Program-made: the position numbers and the translations under genes
Part shown: in pieces, positions 32,666-45,475 of the stretch
How the letters are laid out: every line of letters starts with the position of its first letter
Position numbering within the stretch: the stretch's first letter is position 1
Notes under the pieces: generated by a model
What the model saw: only the letters and a program-made list of their open reading frames with translations
What the model was told of the DNA's origin: nothing
Database searches by the model: none
From: Geosiphon pyriformis uo1
Taxonomy: Eukaryota > Fungi > Glomeromycota
Length of the DNA: 64,000 nt
NCBI GenBank assembly: GCA_016748015.1
Contig: JAAOMT010000112.1
Location: forward strand, 124,644-188,643
Direction: 5' to 3'

Positions 32666-35333
32666 TCACATATCCGGCCACCATATTTGCTTTTCGAATA
32701 TTTCTTGCATCTCATCCCAACTCAAGTTTCCCACCCATTCTCTTGCTTCCAGCCAAAACCAAAACATGAACAAAGAAGTCCCCGTAGGAATATCCCTAAT
32801 ACCTTCCACAACCCCTCTTCCAGCCTCTTGAACCCCCATTTGCCTCAAAATCGGGAGAGCACTTTTTAGTAAGTCAATATCTGGATCTAATCGTCTTCCA
32901 ATACCCTCTAATAACAAAATCGAAATCGCCACATTAATAAAATCTCCTTCAAGCTTAACATGATGATTGCGAACCATCTGTAAAACTGTGGTCAATATGT
33001 CTGATATTCGAAACTTTGCCAAGGCAAGTGTCGCAGATTTTACTCTTAAAATAAGATTCTGCATTTTCAAAGCAAAAACTTCCCCATCTAAAACCGCGTG
33101 GGCCATTTTGGATCGTTCGATCATCAATTTACCAGCACGATAACCGTCAAACTCTGCAACAGCTTGAAAAAGGTCGAGAAAATTGCGTCGATTTTCATCG
33201 TTGAGAGTGGTAACTAGACCTGTATCTATGAATATTATAACAGGTTGGAATCCGTCCTGAAACAATCGGCTAAGCTCTTCTTCCCAGCGCGTTTGGTCTT
33301 TAAAACTTAGATTCAATTGTTGAGTTGCACTATTTGAATAATCCAATATTGGTGTAGAGGCGATGCTTGCCCAAAGTCGTCCAAAGAAACTTTGAACTTT
33401 TGGTTTCGCAAATGTGATCAAAATATTCCCAGGATGTAAATCGGCATGAACAAAGTTGTCAAGTATCAACATATTCTAGATTTCAGAAAAGAGTAAATTT
33501 GATTGCACAAAAATTGCAAATTATCTGGAAAGAAATTACAATTCATACGAGAAAGGCTTTGAGTCCTATAGGTGTTCATTTAAAAAAAGTAGAACCTCAT
33601 GTAATTTATTGGAGCTAAATATATAAAACAAAGAATTTTCTCATTAATAACCTACCAATGTCGGCTATTGTATGCTGAAAGACTCCACCTCCTCGTTCAA
33701 GAAACATTTTGATAGGCAGCCCAGCTTCATATTCCTCGATGAGCATATTTTTGGTGGTATATTCTATATAAGGGCGAGGAAAGCTTACTGAAGGGCGATT
33801 CTTAAAATTTTCAAGGAAAACCTGCAGATTGCTTGCTTCAATTCTCAAGTCTAATTGATCCTGCATCATTTCCCCAAAATTATGGACCTCCTCAGGAAGA
33901 GAGAGCCATTGCATTGTAGGGATAAAGTTAATTATTTTAGCAAAAAACATTAGTATTTTAAGATCTCGCCTAATCGTGGACTCTGCTTTCGGATGAAGCA
34001 CTTTGATAGCTACATCTGTCGATAATGGGGAATCAGATTCAGGGTACTTAAAGTTGGTGGGTGGACTTTCTTGAATAAATCGGGGAAGAATTTCGGTACG
34101 AATTTTTGCTTTATAGACCTCAAGTGATTTCAAAAAGAAGATATATATGTTAACTTGATTAATTTATGAGCTCTTGGTAAAAACGTCCAAGAATGTAAAG
34201 CTCAAACCTGTGCAATAGCCCCAATACCAATAGGTTTTGGATCAAATTCTTCAAAAATGACGTTAAATGGCAACTTGAAACCCGCCTCAATGATCTTTTG
34301 TGTGACTGAAAAGGGATGTGGATCAACAGAAGATTGAAGTCTTGCTAATCGAATACACATTTCCTGAGGAAATATATCTGTTCTTGAAGCTGCCCATTGA
34401 GATAACTGAAATAAATCTATCAGGATTGTAGGTGAAATGTTAAGCCCTATACGAAAATAGAAACTATTGACTTACTTTTATAAAAGTCGGTCCTGCCTTT
34501 TCCATTTGGACTACCAATAGATCATACCAATAGAGTGTGCCAGATCTTTCATCATCATTCTCTGGGATTTTTTTTCCTATTAGCAGAATTGGTGTGCTCA
34601 GGATCAAGGGTAGAAACAGGAAAACCAGATATGCAAAGCGACATGTGATAAAAATAGGTTCAAATATGTAGAGCAATACGAGGGACAAAGTAGATTTGTT
34701 TATTTTTGAAGTATTCTTGGTTTCTGAACATGTTTTGTCTTTCAAAAAAGATTCGGTTGAGTCGAAACTCAAACTGTTGGAAAATCTATCTTTAATAAAA
34801 TTTGACGAAAATGCAGTTTCTATTCGATAAAAAGACAAAAATCGCCAAGAAAAAAAAGTAATAGGAATAATGTGGACCGAATAAAACATCAAGGACTTTT
34901 TTTCGGCTAAAAATCGTTTTATGAAAGATTTTCGATTCAAGGTTTTCATTATGCTTTGATTTTGAAAGAGTGTCAACTTAATTGCGGCAAGTACTTGACC
35001 AGCTTTGTGTTCTGAAGATGTAGAAAATGAAGGCAAATCCGACTGAAAATAAAACTTGGGTAATTTTGGGAAGGCATTTGACTTTGATTTGAAGGAAATC
35101 TTTAAAGAAAAGTTTCGTCTTCGGCTACCCGCGGGAAAAGAACTTGGCAAAAAGACTTTTAGATTCCTCAATAAAAGTTTCGTTTGCATGGAAAAACGAT
35201 AATGTCGAGTCTCGCTAACTGGTTGATGAGATCTAATAAAGTTTCTCAATTCCATGAAAATCAACTGTCTAATAATTCCAGTTGCATCAGCTGATTTATA
35301 CCATCTTTGGTAACAGTTCTGGTTTTTTTGCAT
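32666..35333 (-). CDS. ABC1/UbiB-family atypical kinase (ADCK2/Cqd1-like), mitochondrial; start uncertain
   Basis: AGPTFIKLSQWAASRTDIFP, PIGIGAIAQVY, VAIKVLHP, QLDLRIEASNL, DNFVHADLHPGNI, FIDTGL, LEGIGRRLDP. Confidence 0.92.
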
Positions 35334-35399
35334 AACTAAGAAAATCTAATCCTAAAAATAAACCTCTGGGCAATGCTATTTACAAGTCATTATTAACAT

Positions 35400-37550
35400 T
35401 AATCTATTTGTTTTATATTGATTCATTAGGTTTTTAACTGTAAAAAGCTTTAATAACATATTTTTATATATTCTATATCTTTATAGTTATGTTAACTCTT
35501 ATGTTAATATTTATACTACATACAAAAAATAATTTGACAATTCAATTTTATTACAATATATTAAAGTATGTTTTTATTATATCGTTTTTTTTGTATAATA
35601 ACAAATAATTTTTTTTATATAATGTTTTTAAAATATATATATACAGATTTATCAATTTTTGGTTTAAGTTATTTATTTTTAAATGGTTATTTAAGTATTA
35701 AATTATAATTGCAATCAAAAAATCAACAAAAAGAAAAGTTAATAGTTTTTCTTTAAAAAAATATTAACAAAAAAATTTAAGTTAATATTTTAACTTAATT
35801 AAAACAAATTAAAATAATTACAAAATCTTTATTTATTTATTTATTTATTTTTTATGATATTTTAATTAAATTATATTTAATTATTTTTATAATATTTTTT
35901 ATTTTTGTTTTATTATTATTATTAAGTTTTAATAAAGTGTATTTAAATACTATTTAATACAATATACTAAATAACTTAAATTAAATATGTTTTATGTGTT
36001 TTTTACATATAACTAACTACTTAAGTTAATTATAATACTAACTAAATTAAATTAAAAAAACCAAAAATAAATCTAATCTATTAAATTTTGAATATTAAAA
36101 ATAAAATTACTAAAAAACAACTTAAATTTTTTAATACTATTTTTAATATTAAAATTACATATTTATTACAAAACAACCAAATAATTACATATATTTTTAC
36201 TTAAAAAAAATGCTTTAACAGCATTAATTTTATTTTATCTATATTATTAAAGTTAATTTTAACTTTAAAACAAACAAAGTTTTTAAACATATTAACCAAA
36301 AGAGAAATAAAGCTTTTAAAAACATTAATTATAAAAAGTAAATGTTTTTATACTTTGTAATTCTTTTATATATTTTTAGTTAAAAAAAAAATAACTAAAA
36401 TAATTAAAAAATCAATAAGCTTAATAATAAACTTAATTAAATTAATCAAACTTTAAATTTAAGACTTTAAAAAATTTAATTTAGAATTAAATTTGGGATT
36501 AACAACAAAATGACCAAAAAAACAACATAAAAAGAAAACAAAAAAGTAAAAGTCTTAATATAAAACTGTTTATTAACCAAAAATAATATAAAAAACTTAA
36601 AATTAACAAAAAATTTATTAAATAATTTGAAAAAAAATAATAATAATATTTTATAAGTTTTAGATAAGTAGTCTAAACTTTAATATCTGTAACAGTAATA
36701 ATATTTAAAAGTTTTTTATTAAATATAATACTTATATAAAGTATTAATTTTTATAATAGTAAGATTCAACAACTTATAAAACTTAAATATAATAATCATA
36801 AAATATTAATAATAATAAGATTTAGAAAAGTAAAAAATAAAATATATATAGTCATTAATTTAAAAAATTAAATTATTAATTTTAAAAACAAAAAAAATTG
36901 ATTAATTTAATCTTATAAATGTTTTTTAAGATAATAATTTTTTTTTAATTAAAAAAAAAAATTCTGAGTGGCTAGCCATATGTAGTAAGTGCATAAGTCA
37001 TATTTAGTTTGGGCCACTTAGTCTGGCTCTATGTACTAGATAATGATTGGACTTTACTCATTAAGCTTTAATAAAAAAAAAATTCTAATATTATTTTTTT
37101 TATTAATACAGACTAATAAACAAAAACAATAACAATAAAAAAAAATTCTTAAAATTAACAATAATATATTAATATAAATTAGCAAACTTTAACTTAACAA
37201 AAATAATTATACCAAAAATACTAAGAGTATTTATAATATTATTAAAAAATATTCAAAGAAAAACATTATAAAGTACAAAAAAAATGAAAAAAAACAGAAA
37301 TTATTACTTAAAATTTTGCAATCTTAAATATAATCAAAAAAACACTAATAACAATATTAATAACAACAATTAAAAAAAATTTAAAAGCAAAATCTATATA
37401 AAATAACTTAATATTATTTTTAAAAACTAATTTAAGTTTAACAAAACCAAATAGCAACTTAAACAAAAAATTAATCAAAGCCAATTTAATTTTAAATATA
37501 GTATTAAACACCAAAATAAAAATTACTTATTTAAAAAAATTTTAATATTA
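35400..37550. other. Near C/G-free AT-rich block (hypermutated TE remnants)
   Basis: Sharp boundary after the kinase 5' end; surviving C/G mostly in AAC/GTT/AGCT contexts. Confidence 0.65.
36966..37072 (+). mobile_element. 5'-truncated (~105 bp) LINE 3'-end insertion with target-site duplication
   Basis: Aligns to the reverse complement of ~37555-37665 (GTGGCTAGCCA..TGTAG..ATTTAGTTTG..CTATGTACTAGATA.TGATTGG); flanked by A10-11 TTCT on both sides (36951-36965, 37073-37086). Confidence 0.85.
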
Positions 37551-37683
37551 ATTTTATTAACGCATTTTAACGAGTGTAGCCCAATCACTATCTAGTACAT
37601 AGAACCAAACTAAGAGGCTCAAACTAAATGCGACTCACGCACTTTCTACATGTGGCTAGCCACTTAGGCCAGACAAGGCAACA

Positions 37684-40600
37684 CTACACATCTATAACTA
37701 CCCACACACTGCCACCCAGACCAGAAAAAAAACAAAAAGGCTTCTGACGACCAAAGCTAACAGCAAAAAAATTGGCCAAACCAAGCAATCTCACAACACT
37801 GTCAGACAAAACCGAAGACACCACAAGGGAGCCCAGAAACAACACCAACATCACAGACCAGACCAGCCTTCTCCATCACCACCCAGTGGCTGGCTCTAGC
37901 CAACCATACCTTAGCATGATGTAAACCAACAACGAACCTGACATAATCAGCAATCCTAGCAGTGGCCACCTTTCTATTCTTAAAAACATCGCAAGTCTCC
38001 TCATACCACTCCTCCAGCACAAACCTCTTGCACACCAAAGTGTACAGCCCAACATCAATGGAACATTGAGACAAAACCCACAACACAGCAGAAGCAAAGG
38101 GACCACCAGCCAAAACTGACCAACAAGCAAAAGCCTCTGCCAAAATCTCACCACGAATGCCAGACTCATGAACACAAGTAAAAACGTGGTCAGAGAACTC
38201 CACCTTACCACAAAACAAACACAACACACTAGGGTAGCATTTATCATACAACCTCTTCCTAACGGCCACCAGCAACCTCCTGTGCACAGTCTTCATAACA
38301 TAAGTGCGAAGCGATGAGGATGCGCGGCTAGTGAACCCAGCAAGCATATGAGAATCAGGATGCCACACCTTTGCCGTGACAACCCAGTCTATGCAACCAA
38401 TCATTGCATCCGGAACTACATCACAACCAGGCCCAGCTTTCCAACGAGCACAACGAATTGATCAAAAAATATTTCTGACAAAATGACGGGCATTACCAGA
38501 AACAGCGACACCCTTAGCAACCAAAAAATGTTCATGCACATCAGCACAAAGGGAAAAGGAAGACCCAGAGGCAGCCCCAGCAGCCAAGTCAGCTCTCACA
38601 TTACCAGGAATCCCAGAGTGTTCTTTCACCTTAACCCAACTCACACTAAGATCCTTATCCCTGACCAAATTGAAAATATGACGCCTTTCCAGCCAGCATT
38701 GATTACGAAAATCAGGAGCAACCAAAGACATCTCAGACACACATGCGTCAATGGCAGCCTGGCTGTCAAGACGCAACACCACAGTACTTGAAGAAGGAAC
38801 ACACTCCAAAGCCAAAGCGACAGCCTGCAACTCGGCCATAGTAGATGACAAAAGGCCACGAACAGCGACACCAATACTCATATCCAAGACTGGAAAGTAC
38901 GCAGCAGCACCACAGGCGACCTCAGCAGAGCCTGCATTCCTCAAAGACCCATCTGTGAAGACTTCAAAAGAGTCTGACCAAATGTTATGCAATCCATCTT
39001 TAACCGCAGAAAATTCCCCAGACCCCAAAATGTCCAAACCAAGCTTTTCTGCTGAGCCAACAGAACCAGAAAATGAGTAACCCTGACCTTTCAAAAACTC
39101 AGAAGAAACCATGAACCAGTGAGGCACAGGGCCATGTGGATCCAACCTCTTCCAATGACGAAAAGTTTTCCAATCCAACAAAACACCTTTCTTATCAAAA
39201 AGCCGATCACCAAAAGCGACACCAAAATGCTTAAGAGATTTGACCGAATCAAAATACAGAGACTTTTCAAGAACAGAGGACAACGGGAACCGACCAGGAC
39301 TACGAAATGCAGTGGGGAGGTTGTTCACCAAAGTAAGCTCATTGCACAGAAAGATCTTCACCATCCCAGCCAAAAAATTGTTCACTGGACTAACACGCAA
39401 CCTGACTGGAAACTGCAAAGGATCCAAAGGAGCCCAACCAAGAACCTGTAGGTCTAAAAACCTATGTCTAAACAAACGCCCAAGAATGCCAAAAGCATTA
39501 GAGAACGCCATCAAGGCAGCAACCTTCCCTTCAGACTGCACCTGCTCAAAAGGCTTTAGGCCATACAATGAGAGATGATGCAAAGCAGTGTCAAGAAAAT
39601 CACAGGGGAGACAAACCTTGGACCTAAGACTCTTTCTAAACAAGACATCCCACTTGTGACAAACATTAGATGAGACAAAACTGAACTGAGTACGATAGCT
39701 AACAATAGGCTGTAAAACAGCTGACACCAGATACGAGAATTGTTTGTCTGTAATAGCCTTCTTAAGCACAACATTGACGAAGAAACATACATCCACATGA
39801 GCCTTGGCAACATTCGGCTTGGAAAGCCTCTCAGTCGACAGAAAAATACCCAGATACCGATGTGCTTCCCCTTTCTTGGCAATAGAGATTGGCTAACCAC
39901 AAATGTTCAGTGAAGCAACTTTAACGCCCTGATTGATGGGAATAGCCACCGTCTTCTCACTATTGATAGAAATGTCATTGATCACAAAAAATTCACTGGC
40001 AATGTTCAGAGCATATTGAGTAGAAGCCTGACAATTTCCAACCCAAATCGTATCATCTACAAACGCACCAGCCAAAAAATACGATGTCAAACCACTACTG
40101 CCCTCAATTCTGCCAGATTTCGAAACAAACTTAGTATTAATCCGGTACCCACACAATTGTTCGTGCCTTTTAACCTCACACAAAAGCGGATCGTAAAAAA
40201 TCCTCTAAAGAAGTGGCAAAAAGACCTCACTCTGGTCCAGCCCATCATGCACCTTATAACCACCAGACAAACCAAAGTCAGTCATCACCTTATTAACTCT
40301 ATTCTCATGAATACCACCAAAAAACCTTATGAACCTCTCACACATCTTGACACGCCGCAAACTAGCTCTTAAATGATGCCACCCAACTGAATCGTAAGCT
40401 TTCCGCATATCTTGCAAGACCAACCATAGCTCCCTATCCTTCTCAATGGCATCCTCAATTACCGAACTGACAGCAAACACCGGAGATTGTGTTAACGTAC
40501 CTTTCAGCACCAAAAAGTTGTCCCCCTGAAGAACATTGAACTTGCTACAAGCCATTGAAATACGGTCAGACAGAATCTTGGAAAGAATCTTCCTAGCAGT

Positions 40601-42039
40601 CTCAATCAAAACAATGAGCCGAGTGTTCATAAGAACTCCATCCCAGTCATAAGGCTTAGGAATCATAGACACCCAAGCCCTCTTCCACAAAACAGGCACC
40701 ACACCACCCGACAAACATTTATTAAACAGTGCCAACAGGCACCCCAAAACTACCTTACCACTATGTTTCCATAATTCATTAGGAACACCAGACAAACCAG
40801 CAGCCTTGCCATCAGGAAGACCACCAACAACAGAAAGTAACTCGCCCATACTGATTGCACTCATAACACCTGAAAAAGCATCATCCCGAACATAGTCCAA
40901 AGGNNNNNNNNNNNNNNNNNNNNNNNNNNNNNNNNNNNNNNNNNNNNNNNNNNNNNNNNNNNNNNNNNNNNNNNNNNNNNNNNNNNNNNNNNNNNNNNNN
41001 NNNNNNNNNNNNNNNNNNNNNNNNNNNNNNNNNNNNNNNNNNNNNNNNNNNNNNNNNNNNNNNNNNNNNNNNNNNNNNNNNNNNNNNNNNNNNNNNNNNN
41101 NNNNNNNNNNNNNNNNNNNNNNNNNNNNNNNNNNNNNNNNNNNNNNNNNNNNNNNNNNNNNNNNNNNNNNNNNNNNNNNNNNNNNNNNNNNNNNNNNNNN
41201 NNNNNNNNNNNNNNNNNNNNNNNNNNNNNNNNNNNNNNNNNNNNNNNNNNNNNNNNNNNNNNNNNNNNNNNNNNNNNNNNNNNNNNNNNNNNNNNNNNNN
41301 NNNNNNNNNNNNNNNNNNNNNNNNNNNNNNNNNNNNNNNNNNNNNNNNNNNNNNNNNNNNNNNNNNNNNNNNNNNNNNNNNNNNNNNNNNNNNNNNNNNN
41401 NNNNNNNNNNNNNNNNNNNNNNNNNNNNNNNNNNNNNNNNNNNNNNNNNNNNNNNNNNNNNNNNNNNNNNNNNNNNNNNNNNNNNNNNNNNNNNNNNNNN
41501 NNNNNNNGATGACCAACAAATGAATTGACCAAACCCAAACTCAAACAAAACTTGAAACTAGCACTTCTACCAGATCTATTCTCATTAAAGTCCCCACCCA
41601 AGACAACAAAATTGCTGGAATTGACCGCCTTTGCAATGAGGGTGTTAACTTCAGAAGCCTGACCAAATCTAGCTCCAGAGGAGGCACCAGCATACAACCC
41701 CAAAACAGTAACCGAGAGCTTGCCCTTAAACAGGAGCCGAACAGAAATAACCCGACCAGGAATCTCCTCCACCTTAGATACATGATGGGCCAAAGAAGTG
41801 TTCATAACAATCGCAACCCCAGCACCCATGAAACCCTTATCCAAGCCAGAAGAAAATACTCGCACTCCATCAAACTTATCCTTTATCTATGGCCCAGAAG
41901 AGGACCTCAACTTAGTCTCAGTGATAAAAGAAACCATATTCCCCAAGTTCACATGCCAACGAACAACATCCGCTTGTTTTGCAGGAACATTGATACCCCG
42001 AACATTGCATGTAGCAAATTTCCAAACCAAACTACTCAT
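37684..42039 (-). pseudogene. LINE-A ORF2: AP endonuclease, RT, RNase H, C-terminal zinc finger (several stops/frameshifts)
   Basis: ATCNVRGIN, GVAIV, GGDFNE (APE); KAAGLSG, IPKP, QDMRKAYDSV, AFVDD (RT); FTDGS, AELQAV, DSQAAI, HSGIPGNVRAD (RNase H); CLFCGKVEFSDHVFTC. Confidence 0.93.
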
Positions 42040-43991
42040 TGAGATGGAGGAAAAGCCAACGAACCCAATCCAGAACGCAGATGATCCAATCTATCCAAGA
42101 CCGAGCGAACTGAAGCCTCAAGAGCCATTATATTCGATTCCAAACTGCCAATCTTGGCAGTCAAAACCTTAGAACTGCTCGGACTGAAATCAACAACCGA
42201 CCCACCAACATTGGGAGGAGAAGAGGCAGATGACAACAACGTGCCATCCAACTCCAAACCCGGGTCCATATCTGAAACAATGACAGTTGGAGACACCAAA
42301 AGAAGAGCTGAGGGAGAAAACGCCAATGGCACCAAGTCAACGAAACTTAACTTCTTTAAAATGAGTAAGACTTGGTCCAAGAGAATTTCTACGGAGTATT
42401 CCAGCACAGCTAGGCAACCACCTAGATCAGCGGCACCAGATAAGGAGAAATCCATTGAGAAAGCCATCAAACCAGAGACCAAACTGACACCAGAAGCACT
42501 TGAAGAGACAACGCAAGAGGGAGAACTGCCTGCCACTTGGGCCCACATCTTCCCACCAAAAGAAACTGGACGAGCGACAGGGGCTGACTTCTTCTTATAT
42601 ATCCCAGCTAGACGAACCCGATCTTGCTCAGAAACCACCCTTCTTCTTCGAACACCAGAATACACACCCAAGGAACAATTGACTGAAACATGACCAAATT
42701 GTTTACAATGAGCACAACTGGCCAAAGAAAGACCAGCCCAATGCAAACTCACATTCCTGAAAACTGGAATGGTACCAATAGCAGCCAATTTGGATGTCTC
42801 ATCACCAAAACAAATTACAGCACATCTATCACAAACATATGAACTAGGGTTATGGCCAATATAACAAGTCTTTCCACCATATGATTCCAACAAATTGGAG
42901 AGGTCATGAGCATTAGTGCCAACTAGAAGAGTATAAAGTAAAGCCCAATGCTGATCTCTTGATACTCACATTTGTTTATCAATATTTGCTTTTGCCACTT
43001 GGACCGAATCCTTTTTCATGAGCACAGACCATCTAGCTGCGACCAAATCAGCCATCTCAGATGATTCATATTCTACCAGGGCCTTTTGCCAAAGACCAAT
43101 AAGCTGCACTTTGATTGAAACAATCTTACCAAACCTGGAGAACACCGCCTCAATTGCCAATTTGGGAAAATCTACTGGGATTTCCTTGACGATCACCTCC
43201 CGATCCGAATGGCTGTTTACTTTTCTTAGATCATTATTTATCAAAATTTTTTCACTGATCGCCATTTCCCTTGCCTTAATCAAACTTTTCTCAGATGTAA
43301 ATGATGACCTAATTATTTCAGGAAATTTTGAGGGAGTCGAAGCCCCCCCAAAACCATCAACTTGATAAAAAATTTTTTTCACACAAACCAACTTATCACC
43401 AATAGTTTTGCCAGGAATGGCAGATAGCTCAATATCCAATGCAAACGATTTCGACGAATTAAAACTCCGTTTCTCCGGAGCACGTGACCCGACTGGAGGA
43501 AGGCGATTGGACCCACAAAATTTAGGACTTGGAAGAGGCAAAGTGTCTTCACCATCACCTAGACCGTTGAAAGAGAGAGGTGGTGGCTTACTGTTCAGAA
43601 CATAGGTGCGGGTACGCGTTTTCTTTGGCATGGTATCGTTCATGTCGTCGTCCAAACCCAAAACATCCGACTCTGCATAGCTAGTTTCCTTAGCGATGAC
43701 GTTTTCCAAGTTATCCAATTCCGAGATACCACTTACGCTGTCCACTTCGCTGTTGACTTCGCCAGCCCACAATTGTTCAATGTTAGGTCTGTCACCACTT
43801 TCATCCATAACGTTTGAGACACCAGCAGATGACTTCACCAAACCGCCAACTGCCACAGGTTTTTTCGGCTTCTTATAGGACGCACCACGAGATTGAAGAC
43901 CAACCGAACGCTTGTTTTTGACATCAGACCGGGTCTCCAACCCAGCCAAAACGGACTTAGAACCACCAGCAGCAAAGCCCACCAGTTCCAT
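42036..43991 (-). pseudogene. LINE-A ORF1 (RRM-like domain, CCHC knuckle, coiled coil), one premature TGA at ~42966
   Basis: 42966-43991 and 42036-42893 are in the same frame; VIVKEIP..FGKIVSI..ALVEYE RRM; CAHCKQFGHVSVNC. Confidence 0.88.
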
Positions 43992-44129
43992 AGCAACAAA
44001 AAGGGGAATGTCTGAAGAAATAACTGAAGGGAACAGAAGGGAATAAGGGAAAAGGAAGATATCTCTTTGACTACTCTATGCTCTTGTTATGATCAGAGGA
44101 TCAACGAAAGAAAGAGTTTTCCAATTCTT

Positions 44130-45475
44130 CAAATTAAATTTTAATAATTAAAAATTGTTTTTTAGATATTATTAAAAATAATATTAAAAAACAAAAAAAA
44201 AGATTGATTTTGTTTTTATAAATTTTAAGATTAAATAACTTAATAAGTTGTATTGTTTTTTAAAACCAATAAAAATCTGCTAAAAAACATCATATTTAAT
44301 AATACAATTAGTAATTAATCTTAACTTATCTTGAAAAATATGTTGTTATTATTGTTATTTATATTAAAAAAGTATTAGTTGCTATTAAAAAAATCATATT
44401 TAAAATTTTATCTAAAATTACAAAAAAGTTTAATATAATAATAACAGATATAAGTAACTATTATTGTTTTTTAAAATCTTTGATTTTTTTGGCTATTTAT
44501 AAAATAATAGTAATAATATTAATAATAATAATACAAAAAACTAGTTTGTTAACTAATTTATTATTAAAAACTTTGAAATTCTTAAAAAAAATAGAAACAA
44601 TACTAAAATTAATTTAAATATATCTTTTGGAAAAAACTTTGAATTATAGAAAATCATTAATCAAAGATAAAAAAAATAGTTTAGAAATTATCAAAAGCAG
44701 TTTTTTATTATTAATATCTAAAAAAATATTATTAAGATATTTTGTTTAACTGCTTTAATAATAGAAAAACTTTTTTTTGTTAAAACTTTATTAGTTACTA
44801 TAAAAAAAATAATGTTTAAAACTTTTTTACTTTTTGTTTTAGTCATAATAAAAGAAAAAAAGAAAAAAAATTCAATTTTAAAATTATTTTAATTAATATT
44901 TTAATTAACTAATATACTTAAGCTTTTAAAAAATACATATTTTTATATTACTATATTTTTTTTAAAAAAGTTATAATTAAATTAATTAAATTTTTTTATT
45001 AATATAATTATTTTTATTATAATATTTTTTAGTAATAAATACTAAAAATATAATATTAGCAATTTTTTTTCTATTTAATATTAATAATTTGAATTTTGTT
45101 AAGTTATTTAATAAAGTTATTCTAAAATACTATTAATAAAATAAGTATTTAATAATAATTTTTTAAAATATTTATATTAATAAATTAAATTTTAATACAG
45201 AAATTTAATTGTTTTAAGCAATTTGGTAAAATAGTTAATTACTATTATAATATATTTGTTTTTTTGAAAAATAATTAAAAAAATTATATTATTATTAAAA
45301 ATAATTAAAAAGTAAAAACAAAATTATTAATAGTATTAGAAAAAAGAACAAATAATAAAAATCAGATTATTTAACCAAAATTATCAATATTATAGATCAA
45401 AAAATAGACCAAAAAATAAACATAATTTTAGTATTGCAGATCTCATTTTTATAGTTATTAAAAATAATAATTATT
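44130..45475. other. AT-rich hypermutated spacer between the two LINEs
   Basis: Very low GC, no ORFs. Confidence 0.6.

Larger units (their letters stand above)
37555..44120 (-). mobile_element. Near full-length non-LTR retrotransposon (LINE-A): ORF1 plus ORF2 APE-RT-RNase H-CCHC
   Basis: Two-ORF layout, ~125 nt 3'UTR ending in AATAAA/A-rich tail, pyrimidine-rich 5'UTR; N gap 40904-41507; ends approximate. Confidence 0.93.

Noticed and set aside
40205-41865. Long ORFs containing X runs (also 49680-50324)
   Set aside because: Artefacts of translating through N gaps
38483-43878. Many plus-strand ORFs antisense to LINE-A
   Set aside because: Shadow ORFs from the strand composition of the LINE; no recognisable motifs
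37537-44146. Possible LINE-A TSD AAATTTTAATA
   Set aside because: Too common in the AT-rich flanks and not flush with the element ends
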